A DNA stretch of 63,586 nucleotides, the filler included, from Octopus bimaculoides (Eukaryota), in assembly GCF_001194135.2 (NCBI RefSeq). It is 6 parts of 6 records of this genome, joined end to end, with 100 filler letters (N's around TTAATTAATTAA, not from the genome) between each part and the next. Parts side by side here need not be neighbours in the genome. Positions count along the whole stretch, not along the records: positions 1 to 20,131 come from NC_068989.1; 5 more parts are not named here. The stretch is one strand, 5' to 3'. The notes below the pieces were generated by a model. It had not been told where the DNA came from. It searched no databases and saw only the letters and a program-made list of their open reading frames with translations. Numbering within the stretch: the first letter of the stretch is position 1; every line of letters starts with the position of its first letter. This document shows, one piece after another, positions 1 to 11,254 of the stretch. The position numbers were made by a program, and so were the translations under genes.

Positions 1-608
1 TATACGTTGACTACGTCGAAGGATACTAGTAGTGTTTTTTCATTGACCGTTTTTGGGAGGTGGTTTAGCATGTCCAGGTCATCCCTTATAAAGCTCTTGA
101 TGTGTTTTAGGAAGGGTTTCAGTAGAGTGTCCAAGAAGCTGCTGAGGCGGTGGGTTTCACATGCTGGACCTGCTATTATTGGTCTTAGTTTCAGGTCATC
201 AGGTGAGAGGACCTTGATAATTATGTCTGTAGCTCCTTTGCATGCATCGCTTATTATTCTGCTTTTGTGGATTTTGGGGATGCCGTAGAATAAACTTGAT
301 TTACTCTTAAAGTTGGTAATGTAGTCGTATTCCTTGTCTGTGAGTCCATCCCGGTATGAGTTAATTAATGTCCTGAGGTTATCCATTATTTTATGTTGGT
401 TATAGTGTGGGGCCTTTTCGTAATATGTTTCATCCCCTAATAAAGATAGTACTAGGTTTTTATAGTCCCTCGTGTTCATTAGGACTACTGCGTTACCTTT
501 ATCTGCCCCTTTAATTGTTATGGTTTTATCTTCTTTTAGTTCGTTAAGGTCGTTCCATTGTCTCTTGTTGAAGTTTGGTTTGTGTTTTTGTTCATTTGTG
601 AGTTGATA
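1..608 (-). mobile_element. Penelope-like element reverse transcriptase (N-terminal half), open frame running off the window edge
   Basis: Manual minus-strand translation: KPNFNKRQWNDLNELKEDKTITIKGADKGNAVVLMN...FYGIPKIHK...LRPIIAGPACETHRLSSFLDTLLKPFLKHIKSFIRDDLDMLNHLP...LLVSFDVVNV. The ADKG, YGxPKIHK, RPII and SFDV motifs are PLE RT hallmarks. Not in the ORF track because no stop codon falls inside the window. Confidence 0.92.
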
Positions 609-636
609 TACCCTTATCAACTCACAAATAAACAAA
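587..636. repeat. Short inverted repeat (22-bp arms, 6-bp spacer)
   Basis: atttgtgagttgata (594-608) is the perfect reverse complement of 615-629. The arms extend to 587/636 with one mismatch. Confidence 0.9.
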
Positions 637-1065
637 GTTTCTTTACCATGAGCCCTTAGATAAAGACCAAGCTCCGGTTTTGTTTCAAAGTTGCTTTTAG
701 TGGCAAATGTGACTCAGTGTTCGGTGAAAGATTGTATCAATAGTGGCTCCGCTCTTGTACATTCGTACAAAAGTTCTTGTCACACACACACACACACGCA
801 CACACACGCACACACACGTGTGTGTATGCGTATGTGTGTAAAGTAGTTGGAACTTAAATGATCTTGGCAATTTACTTGGTAGCACTCCAAGGTATATCAA
901 ACTAACAAGGTACTGATAAAGAATGCATAAATCTTCCTAATCAACCAATATAGCGGCCATTGCGATGTTAAACCGACGTTAGCGTCCCGTAAATCCATTT
1001 ATGTAGCATCAAGAAGCTGTACACATTACGCGATGTATAATATAGTAACGGAAAAATATGGACAG

Positions 1066-1396
1066 CTCAGATTTTTGCTACACGCGTTTCCATAGAGTGG
1101 TAATTTATTCAATTATGCACAATATTATATATTACATAGCTTAATATTATTGCACCATCCCGCCACTTCATCAGGCCATGAGTCTTTTACAAGCAAAATA
1201 ACGTTGATGAAATGTGTTTGCGACTTCAATATATTTATCTGCAAACATATTTCTTCATAGTTTGATTTTGCTTATAAAAAGCTGAATATAGCTCGATGAA
1301 ACAATTGAGTTAATGTAATTTATATGAAGTAATGCCATGTTATGCATTGTTGAATAAAAGGCCACGCTATGGAAACACATGTAGCAAACGTTTGAG
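1066..1396. mobile_element. Old MITE-like foldback element
   Basis: tttgctacacgcgtttccatag (1074-1095) matches the reverse complement of 1367-1388 with 2 CpG-type mismatches. Similarity continues about 50-90 bp inward. No TSD recognised. Confidence 0.55.
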
Positions 1397-1499
1397 TTGT
1401 TCATTCTTGTTCTTTTATTCAGTGTGTATGATACATGTATACACACAGACACACACACACACACACACGCACACACAAATATGTGCACACATACAGATA

Positions 1500-1879
1500 T
1501 ACTCTTTTATTTGTTTCTGTCATTTGACTGCGGCCATGCTGGAGCACCGCCTTTAGTCGAACAAATCGATACCAGGACTTATTTTTTGTAAGCCTAGTAC
1601 TTATTCTATCGGTCTCTTCTTTGCCGAACCGCTAAGTTACGGGGACGTAAACACACCAGCATCGGTTGTCAAGCGATGCTGAGGGGACAAACACAGACAC
1701 ACACACATATATATATACATATATATATGATGGGCTTCTTTCAGTTTCCGTCTACCAAATCCACTCACAAGGCTTTGGTCGGTCCGAGGCTATAGTAGAA
1801 GACACTTGCCCAAGGTGGGTGCCACGCAGTGGGACTGAAACCGGAATCATGCAGTTGGTAAGCATGCTACTTACCACAA
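1500..1879 (-). mobile_element. tRNA-derived SINE, family A (internal TA/TG microsatellite)
   Basis: Reverse complement matches 3726-4158 and 54616-55056. The head is truncated at 1879. Confidence 0.9.
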
Positions 1880-1925
1880 GTTTATAACTTGAGACGAGTA
1901 TTTGAAATGCTCATACAGCCAGCGC

Positions 1926-1960
1926 CTTAATGTTTTGGACGTTAGTCCTTTTTCAGAAAA
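1926..1960 (-). ncRNA. Degenerate minimal hammerhead ribozyme remnant
   Basis: Minus strand reads CUGAAAA-AGGAC-UAAC-GUCC-AAAACAUU. The core carries substitutions (G8A, G12A). Confidence 0.5.
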
Positions 1961-2442
1961 AAAAAGAAACGAGGAAACCATAGTGAGAGAAAGTGTTTGA
2001 TCTAAAAGTACGAATCTTTATTTCCACCTCTTCTTCCCCTCCATAGTGACTGAAAGAAAGCCTGACAGAGCCTATAGTTCGCTGCTCTCGATAGTCAAAG
2101 TTTTCTTTCTTTTTTTTTTAATAGTTTCTGCTGTGTAATAATCTCAGGTTGATTATACGCCCAATAGACCATCATCTTTACAAAAACAAAAAAAAAAATG
2201 TCGGTGAGGAAGGGAAACATACGAGATAGACCGCGTTCAACAGAAAGACGAGATGACCGCTACAATGATACTTCTGATCATGGTCAGGACTGACCTAAAC
2301 AATCCACAACAATTTTATAAACAATGGTGTTAAGTCTGAGTAGGGTGGGGTAAAACAATAACCACGACAACAACAACAACAACAAGGACAACGACGGCAC
2401 CACTAGCAGGATATTTCTATTATTAAGACCAATACTCAAATG

Positions 2443-2550
2443 CAGCGAGCTGGCAGAAGCGTTAGCACGCCGCGAATAAATGCTTCGCTGCATTTCGTCC
2501 GTCTTTACGTTCTGAGTTCAAATTTCGCCGAAGTCGACTTTGCCTTTTAC
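2443..2550 (+). mobile_element. SINE family B head fragment
   Basis: gcgagctggcagaagcgttagc...ctgagttcaaatttcgccgaagtcgactttgcc matches the other B copies. Confidence 0.85.
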
Positions 2551-2735
2551 CTCATATTGATACACAGCAGAAACTATTAAAAAAAAAAAAGAAGAAAACT
2601 TTGACTATCGAAAGCAGCGAAATATAGGCTAGCCTGTGTACCCCATCTCTGTCAGGCTTTCTTTCAGTCACTATGGAGAGGAAGAAGAGGTGGAAATAAA
2701 GATTCGTACTTTTAGATCGTTCCCCTCGTTTCTTT

Positions 2736-2771
2736 TATCCTGAAAAAGGACTAACGTCCGAAACATTAGAG
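2736..2771 (+). ncRNA. Degenerate minimal hammerhead ribozyme remnant
   Basis: CUGAAAA(2740-2746)-AGGAC-UAAC-GUCC-GAAA(2760-2763)-CAUU-AGAG. Stem II is a perfect GGAC/GUCC and the core has G8A. Confidence 0.6.
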
Positions 2772-3144
2772 CGCTCTATGAGCATTTCAAATACTCATCT
2801 CAAGTTATAAACTTATACTGTATTCGCTGTAGTTTTTCTTTGCATATTGGGGTCGATATAATCGATTACCTCTTCCCCCAAGATTTCAGGCCTTGTGCCT
2901 TTAATAGAAAGGTCTAAGATCAAAAATAATGCCTTTACTAAGTCGCTTGACCTGTAAGAAAAAAGCAGCCGAATCACTTTCAAATCACATCCATTTTGTC
3001 TTAAAAATACAATGCATTGGATAATGTTATCCTGGCTCCCTGCATAAGAGAAAGACAGAATGATTACTTTTGAAATATCTTACGTCATAGCTCGACCAGA
3101 ACTGTCCTGGGGTTGGACAACATCAATGTTGCCTCTAGCTGTTC

Positions 3145-3519
3145 GCACTCATTAGACTGCGGCCATGCTGGGGCACCGCCTAGAATTTTTTAGTCAAATG
3201 AATCGACCCCAGTATTTCTTTTCTCTTTAAGCCTGCTACTTGTTCTATCGATCTCTTTCGTGGAATCGCTAAGTTACGGGGACGCAAACACACCAACACA
3301 AATTGTCGAGCGAGTGGTGGTGGGACAAACAGACACACACACACACACATATACGTACGACGGGCTTCTTTCAGTTCCCATCAACCAAATCCGCTCACTA
3401 GGCTTTGGGCGACGCGAAGCTATAGTAGAAGACACTTGCTTAAGGTGCCACGCAGTGGGACTGAACCTAGAATCATGTAGTTGGGAAACAAGCTTCTTAC
3501 CACAGCCACGCCTGCGCCT
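3145..3519 (-). mobile_element. SINE family A, near full length
   Basis: Ends in cttaccacagccacgcctgcgcct, the reverse complement of the family A head. Confidence 0.9.
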
Positions 3520-3725
3520 ATAACTTACAAATCTTCCTCAAATCACACCCGTGTTAATTAAAGGATACGTTGAACAATGTAGTCCCCAGTATATAAAACA
3601 ACTGGATGGTCATGACAGGAGCGCCTTTGACCATAGGTCTGCTGGAGCAAGACTGACTTGTGGCTGAACAACACTACCGACAATACCACTAACACAGCTA
3701 ACGAAAATATTTGTACAAGTCTTTC

Positions 3726-3885
3726 GTGGCTGTGTGGTAAGTAGCTTGCTTACCAACCACATGGTTCCGGGTTCATTCCCACTGCGTGGCACCTTGGGCA
3801 AGTGTCTTCTACTATAGCCTCGGGCCGACCAAAGCCTTATGAGTGGATTTGGTAGACGGAAACTGAAAGAAGTCCATCGTATATA

Positions 3886-3942
<57 letters not shown>

Positions 3943-4158
3943 ATGTCTTTGTGTGTCTGTATTTGTCCCCCCAACATCGCTTGACAACCGATGCTGGTGT
4001 GTTTACGTCCCTGTAACTTAGCGGTTCGGCAAAAGAAGACCGATAGAATAAGTACTAGGCATCCAAAGAATAAGTCCTGGGGTCGATTTTCTCGACTAAA
4101 GGTGGTGCTCCAGCATGGCCGCAATCAAATGACTGAAACAAGTAAATGAATAAAAGAG
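3726..4158 (+). mobile_element. SINE family A, near full length
   Basis: A-box-like gtggctgtgtggtaag, B-box-like ggttcattccc, internal (TA)n(TG)n, and 3' gactgaaacaagtaaa. Confidence 0.92.
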
Positions 4159-4164
4159 AGAGCA

Positions 4165-4340
4165 ACTAGGGAAAAATAGCTACCAAATCTTTCTCAAAGT
4201 ACACCCTACTTCTTTAAAAAAAATGAAGGCACATTTGATTAATGTAGTCCGAGGTATACAAAAAGACCAAATTAGTCAAAGCTGGAATATCTTTCATTAC
4301 TGGTTTGCTTAATCAGCGCTGACCTGGGGCTAACAGCTTC
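4165..4340 (+). mobile_element. Interspersed repeat family E (related copies near 2960-3125, 3530-3690, 5020-5130, 5250-5450, 9975-10150)
   Basis: Shared motif gctagaaatagcagccaaat...caaatcacaccct...gataatgtagtcc...gctgacctggggctaaacaac, with an (AAC)n-like end. Confidence 0.65.
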
Positions 4341-4658
4341 TTGTTGTTGTTGGCACTCCATCACTTACGACGTCGAGGGTTCCAGTTGATCCGATCAACG
4401 GAACAGCCTGCTCGTTGAAATTAACGTGTAAGTGGCTGAGCACTCCACAGACACGTGTACCCTTAACGTAGTTCTCGGGGGATATTCAGCGTGACACAGA
4501 GTGTGACAAGGCTGACCCTTTGAATTACAGGCACAAACAGAAACAGGAAGTAAGTGTGAGAGAAAGTTATGGTGGAAGAGTACAGCAGGGTTCGCCACCA
4601 TCCCCTGCCGGAGCCTCGTGGAGCTTTTAGGTGTTTTCGCTCAATAAACACTTACAAC
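4341..4658 (-). mobile_element. SINE family C, 3' portion ((AAC)n tail)
   Basis: Near-identical reverse complement of 19830-20131. Ends at an assembly gap. Confidence 0.93.
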
Positions 4659-5929
4659 NNNNNNNNNNNNNNNNNNNNNNNNNNNNNNNNNNNNNNNNNN
4701 NNNNNNNNNNNNNNNNNNNNNNNNNNNNNNNNNNNNNNNNNNNNNNNNNNNNNNNNNNNNNNNNNNNNNNNNNNNNNNNNNNNNNNNNNNNNNNNNNNNN
4801 NNNNNNNNNNAGGCTCAACCTACATCGCCACCGCCGCTGCTGCTGCGACTACGAACCAACGAGTGAGTTTTGTCAAGGTCGCTCGAAACCTGTTAAAAAT
4901 ATCAGTCAATGTTTCCTCGGGTCTCATCTTTTATCGTCTCAGGAAACGATATGTTGTATAATGAATGATTTTGTGGTCTCGTTTTTTTCCTAGAGATAGA
5001 AGAAAAAAAAAAAAAAGATGGTATGGTTTTGTAATACCATCCCATACCATCTGTAGTTTGATTAACTTTGATCTTAGGCTTGCTTGATCCGCACCTGACC
5101 TGGGGCTAAACAACGGAACAAACAGAGCCGCTACCACAATCACTACAACAATACTAGCAAAATAAAAATAATAAATAAAAAGACCTCACCGCCAACAACT
5201 CCCCTCCAAAAGACTACACTAACATCAACAATAATGAGACTTAACAGGGTGTCAGTCTGTGGCTGCTAGAAATAATAGCCACACACCGCTTCTCACTGTC
5301 TTAAAACGGATAAGGATGCTTTAGATAATGTAATGTCCTAAATACATCTAAAAGCTGGTCAAGGCTGAAATTCTTTGATCTATATAGATCTATCTTTTTC
5401 TTCGATCATGGCTGAATCTATCTTAGTAACTCAACAACACAACTCTCAACATCAGTGAAAACGTGCTACCACTCACTACCAATATCGCCACCACTTCTAC
5501 TACTACCATAACCAACATCATTATAACTATCAACATTAACAGCAAGACCTTGCCAATACTATCACCATGACTACTATAGCCGTCACACCACCATCACTAC
5601 AATGTTCACTCTCTATCCTCTATATAACCATTATTCACGTCCCCTTCAGAACCTTTAGCCATTAGCATCCTTTCTCATGCCTTCTATTAAAAGCCTACTT
5701 TCACCCCCTCCTATTGAACGCCTATGTTCTTCTCTCACCTCTCCCCTAACGTTACTCAATACCTCCCACTATCCCCCTATCTTTTTTACCTTTTCATCCT
5801 TCTCATATCCAGCCCCTTCCTCAATCTTCCTACACTGGCCGCCACAAGCGTGTAATCTCCCTCAACTCTCCGCTCTTGAACACACAGACACATGTATTGC
5901 ACACACGCATGTACGATGTTAATTCATTG

Positions 5930-6538
5930 ACAGACACACGCGCACACCGCGACGCGCACACGCACACACCTCATGCGTACGTGCACATTTACTGATTCAC
6001 AATTCCATACGCACGTACACATGTACATAAATCCACATATATAAACTTATGCGTACATGCAAGCACGCCCAAATGCTACCTTCATTCACGAACAAATACA
6101 TACATTATATCTATTTAATCGCACACATACAACCATAATTCACTGATAAACATGCACACACGTGTTTACAGACACACTTTACTGAGATATATTATACATG
6201 TACATAAATATACACACGCACATAAATACACACACACACGCTTATTTTACTGATATATAAACGCATACATTTAAAAGACTGACATCCCCATATATATAAA
6301 CACACATTCATGCCGTATACTAATTTACCAATATACATACATACATACACACACGTTTACACTATATTAATTCTTAAATATACGCATAAACACACGCATC
6401 CCCTTCCTTGACTGATAAACACACGCTGTATACATACGCGCACACGCGTATCCCTTTAACTCCCTGTTACACACACGCATGCGTGTGTGCTCCCTTATTC
6501 CACACACGCACACACATACACACATGCATGTGTTTTAA

Positions 6539-6570
<32 letters not shown>

Positions 6571-6621
6571 AGCACATATGCGCACACTAGTAAAGCGAGA
6601 GTAGATACATATACATACGTG

Positions 6622-6679
<58 letters not shown>

Positions 6680-6900
6680 GGTTAGAGATAGGTAGATAGA
6701 TAGATAAATAGATAGATATACACATTCACACATATATATTATATACTAGGGCATAAATTTACATAGCAGTTCATTGACATATACACAAGTACATACAAAC
6801 ATACATTTAAACATACATAGAAAGACTGACAGATAGACACTCGTATACATACATACAGCGAACACACAACTTCTCTATTCTCTTCTACACATAATAAATA
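5930..6900. repeat. Degenerate CA/TA/GATA microsatellite field
   Basis: Long CA/TA-rich low-complexity stretch with a recurring ttactga motif. Confidence 0.8.
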
Positions 6901-6949
6901 AACACACACTCTCAATCCGTACCCTCTTTTTACCCCCTACGCTTAACTT

Positions 6950-7340
6950 ACTATCATCCACTTGCTCCCTATTTTTTTCTTTCATTCCATTTTTCTCCTC
7001 TTTCTTGTCCTCCTGTTCCCTGCTTGTCTCATCGCCGTACTCAGCCAGCCCCCTTCTTCTATAACCAAATCACACCCGCTTTTTTTTTCACTCCCTTCAC
7101 TAGTCTCACCCTCTCGCTTTCACTCACTCGTTCTCGTTTTCTCCGTCTTCACTTTGCCTCTTACTCCTCTTCCTCCACTCTCACTCATTTAGCTCTGCCT
7201 TCTTTTCTCTCTCTCACTCTTCCTCTGCCTCAACTACTAACAAACCACTACAAATTACCACCCTCTTTATATGCATATAGTAACTCCTCTCTCTACCAGC
7301 TTTATACCTCCAGCCGCTCCTCCTTTCCCCCCCTCACTGT
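6950..7340. repeat. Pyrimidine-rich (CT-rich) low-complexity tract
   Basis: Strong C/T strand bias. It explains ORFs 6962..7192 and 7024..7470. Confidence 0.75.
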
Positions 7341-8525
7341 TAGTCTCAGTTTTGAAGCAAGTAGAGGCAGTATGGCGGTCCGGGCTGTTTCTCTATTAAC
7401 CGCAGCAGCTCTGGCTTTACGCTACCAGCAGTTTCCTTTTCTTCCATTCTACTACAAAGCTTTGTATTAGCAACTTTAACTTGGAAAGAAGGGGGTGCCC
7501 TTTTGGTTTTTTTAAACCCACCCCTCGAATTACTTTCCCGTTTAAAAGAAAAAAAGAAAGAAGGAAAAGTGAAATCAACAACTAATTATTATAACAACAA
7601 TCACATCAATAACTTGGTGACAAGCAACCAACAACAACAACGAAGCTAATACAAACTAAAGTACCTCGAGTTCGAATTGAATCTGGACTGAAAAATAAAA
7701 ATAGCTGTTCGAGGTATTTTGTTGAAAGCTGAAATGAAAGCGAGAGAGAGGAAGAAATACGAGCACATGCAGGAAAGCGAGATATGTGTACGGACGATTA
7801 ATTAAAATTAGTTTGGATAACAAGAAATCTGTGGAGAAATATATATGAGTGACCAGGAAATGGGTTCATAATATACCAACTGCACCTTGCAGGACATACT
7901 TGTGTTGATGTTTTATTTTAATATACATATACACCCTGTACATCTACACACACCGTAATCTGCACACGGATTATATTCGTATATATATGTTTATATATAC
8001 ACACACGATATATTGAGTGCCGGCCTACTGATAAGACATATGTGTATATACATACATGTTTACGCACAATCTGCTGGGAAGAAATAAATATTTGAGTTTT
8101 CTAACACAAACACCGACTTTAAAGAATTAATAGGAACCAACGTACTGACACATTTTTTCACATGCAAAACATTAAAACCACCTTTATATATACATAAACA
8201 GATAATTTGTAGAATATATTACTTATTTATATATGCATCTATCAACAACACTTATTCTAGTATTATACTAATAGTGATAGACTCGCCGGTTTTTCTGTCA
8301 TATGCTAACCACTATCGAATGTTACTTCTCCCCTTTAGAAATTACTATAGCAAGTATAAATAGTGTAGTTAGTAGGTATTAAGTTTTGATGGCCTACCCA
8401 CGGTTTACCTTTCCGGATTTTACCTGCTCAAGGATATTTACCTTCTATTCGTGGACGACGTCTATATAAAGAAAAAAAATCTTAAGCAACGGACACCTGC
8501 AGTAGAGAGAACGAAGTTTGTGTGA

Positions 8526-8567
<42 letters not shown>

Positions 8568-11254
8568 TGATATATTTATATTTGAATAAAGATGTTATCT
8601 TTTTGACTGACAAAAGGGGGGAAGATTTGAAATGATATGAAGGGAAAACATGACTGTAGGGTTAGACTCCTAAGATTGATAAATTTCCGGATTATTTAGT
8701 TTTCTGTTCATATTAATTTATTTTTCACCGAAAAAAGAATATCACGACAGTAAAAGTCATTGAATATTAAACCAAAGAAATAACATATTTGTTTTATACA
8801 TTCATTGTTTTTCTCTAATCAGATTTTGGTATTGTAATATTTTTTTTTTCTTTTCCAAAACATTTACCCACACATGTACATACATAAATTGTTTGTAGAC
8901 GCCTCCTGAAACCTGGTTCCTTGTCTACAACACTAGGACAATTTTTACACCCTCCAATTATTTATAATTATATACATACACACATACATATTACACTGAC
9001 TGTGAATGTAATAGTTCAGTGTACATACATCAATAGACCGACACCTTGGTGAGGGCCCATCTATCTGGGCCGGGGCAATGGCGAAAATCGGATTGAAACT
9101 TCTACCAGAAAGCAGACGGACAGTCAGTGGGTCCTTTTTTTCGGTGACCTTAACTTTTATTTGGACAATCGGATTCCTTACTTTAACCGTTAAAGGTAGG
9201 AAAGATTTTCATTTTTAGTAATTTATTCGCTCAGTTTCCTTTTTTATTTTCTTTTCTTTCCCTCGTTGGTCAGCCAGCAGGTCTACTTGCTCCTGAAAGA
9301 GCTGTTACCCCTTGCTGACTGTTCTCGTCTGGTAATTTAACACTTTTTCTTTTCACCTATTGACACCCAGCATTTCTACCCGTATTCACTCAGCTATAAA
9401 ACATGAAATTCTATCCGGGGTTAAAGGATAGCAATGTTCAATAAGAATGTGTGTGTTTGTGTGTGTAGTAAGCAAGCAAGCAAGCAAAACAGAATAGAAA
9501 GATAACTGATTTTCCGCACACACATACATATATTATTACTGGCTACACACACACACACGATGTATCTGTTGATCGTTGTTGGTTTGGAGGGGATAATAGA
9601 GTAACTAGATTTATTTTATTGCAATAAAGTCTCCTCGTTTCAGAGCTTGATCTTAACACTTGCTCCTTGACCGTTACAAACAAACAAACAAATAAATAAA
9701 TAAATAATAATAATAATACGATAAAAACCAATTCAAATAGCGTGAAAACTATATATTGACTATCGGATTTGTTAAAAAATCTATTCTGCTGAGTTAAATA
9801 TACATTCATACATAAGTAAATAACAATAATGCTACTATAAAAAAATATATTTATATATATTTGCACACACCCACACTTAAATACATTCACACGGAAATAC
9901 ATAAAGAAAAAGAAAATCTACAATAAATATCGATAAAAATAAATATTTGTACACATATTTGCACATACATAGGAAGCTGCTACATTGTTATTTTTATATG
10001 CTAGAAATAGCAGCCAAATTTCTCGAATCACATGGGAAAGACATCAGAAAATGTAATCTTAGGTTTAACCCACCGAGGTGCAAGTGGAATGTCTTTGATC
10101 ATAGATAGGTTTGCTAAATTAGGGTTGATTTGCTGTTAAACAACATCTACTCAGTGTATGCCTGTGCAAATTATATATAAGCCTATATAATGTGTGCGCA
10201 TTTCTGCAAAAAAGTTCAGCCCATCGTTGTTGTTGTTTTTTCTTTTTTTTTTTTGAGTTCTTCCATATCCAAAGGTTAATTAAATGCTCCAAATGGTTAT
10301 CAAATTAAAATTAATGAAAAGTTATGAGGGGCGGGATACTGAAGAAATCCCGGATTTTATAGCCGTATTTGCTATTTCGTCTCTTCCCGTTTCTTCAAAT
10401 CTTGTCAATTCATTCCCATAGTTTTAAGGTTGCTTACTGTTCGTTCCTGTAGAAATTAGTAGTTTCCTTTAATTATATATTATGTACATGCACTCGGAAC
10501 GGAAAAGTCCCCTTTTAAAGGATACTATATAGGGAACCTTTTTTTCCTATTCACCGATTTCACCAGAGCACTGCCTCGTCGTATATCGTGTATATATGAA
10601 TGTATGTATGGAAAGAGATAAAGAGAATGAAATTATGTGTGTGTGAGAGAGATGAGATTTCCTTCAAGTTTATACGTTTCTGTCAATGAAAAAATCCCTT
10701 GTATATGAAGAAATACTAAAATTGTTAGTCGATCTAGCTGGACTTTGTTCTCTTCGTTACTAGAAGCAGGAAAAGAGAGAGAGAGAGAGAGAGAGAAATC
10801 TCCTAGTAGTATGTGAATATTCTTACATGTGTTGCTTCTCTTTGAAGAGAGAAGAAAGAAGCAGTCTTGATAAATAGATAGATGATTACTGAACAGCGAC
10901 CAGTGAGAGAAGGTTGAGTGTGCATTTTGCCCTATATAAACCCGTGGCTAGAGTGTCCGAGAATTTTTGGATGCAGAGGTCTAAAATACCCGATTGATTC
11001 GGTCAGATGATATGATTGACACCTCCCGCTCGCAGTTATTCGATTTCTAGTTAAAACAAAAAAATGTTTATCGCCCTACAGGGCTTCAGACTGTTAAAAG
11101 GAAACGGGCAATATTGTCAAGAAGTAATTCAAAAGCCACCGTTTTTCGGCGACACACTGTCTCAAACTCACAGAGAAGGGTTATTATAGAATTTAACCGA
11201 TTCCAATATATATATTACTGAGACTTTTTGCTTAAATCTATTTCGGAAGGATGA

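Larger units (their letters stand above)
1878..2814. repeat. Large inverted repeat: arms 1878-2137 and 2561-2814, PLE terminal-repeat-like
   Basis: The arms align as reverse complements, e.g. gtttataacttgaga/tctcaagttataaac and gtgactgaaagaaagcctgacagag/ctctgtcaggctttctttcagtcac, with a few indels. The spacer is ~420 bp. Confidence 0.9.

Noticed and set aside
7372-7470. MAVRAVSLLTAAALALR... hydrophobic mini-ORF
   Set aside because: Only ~32 codons, no splice donor, no homology.
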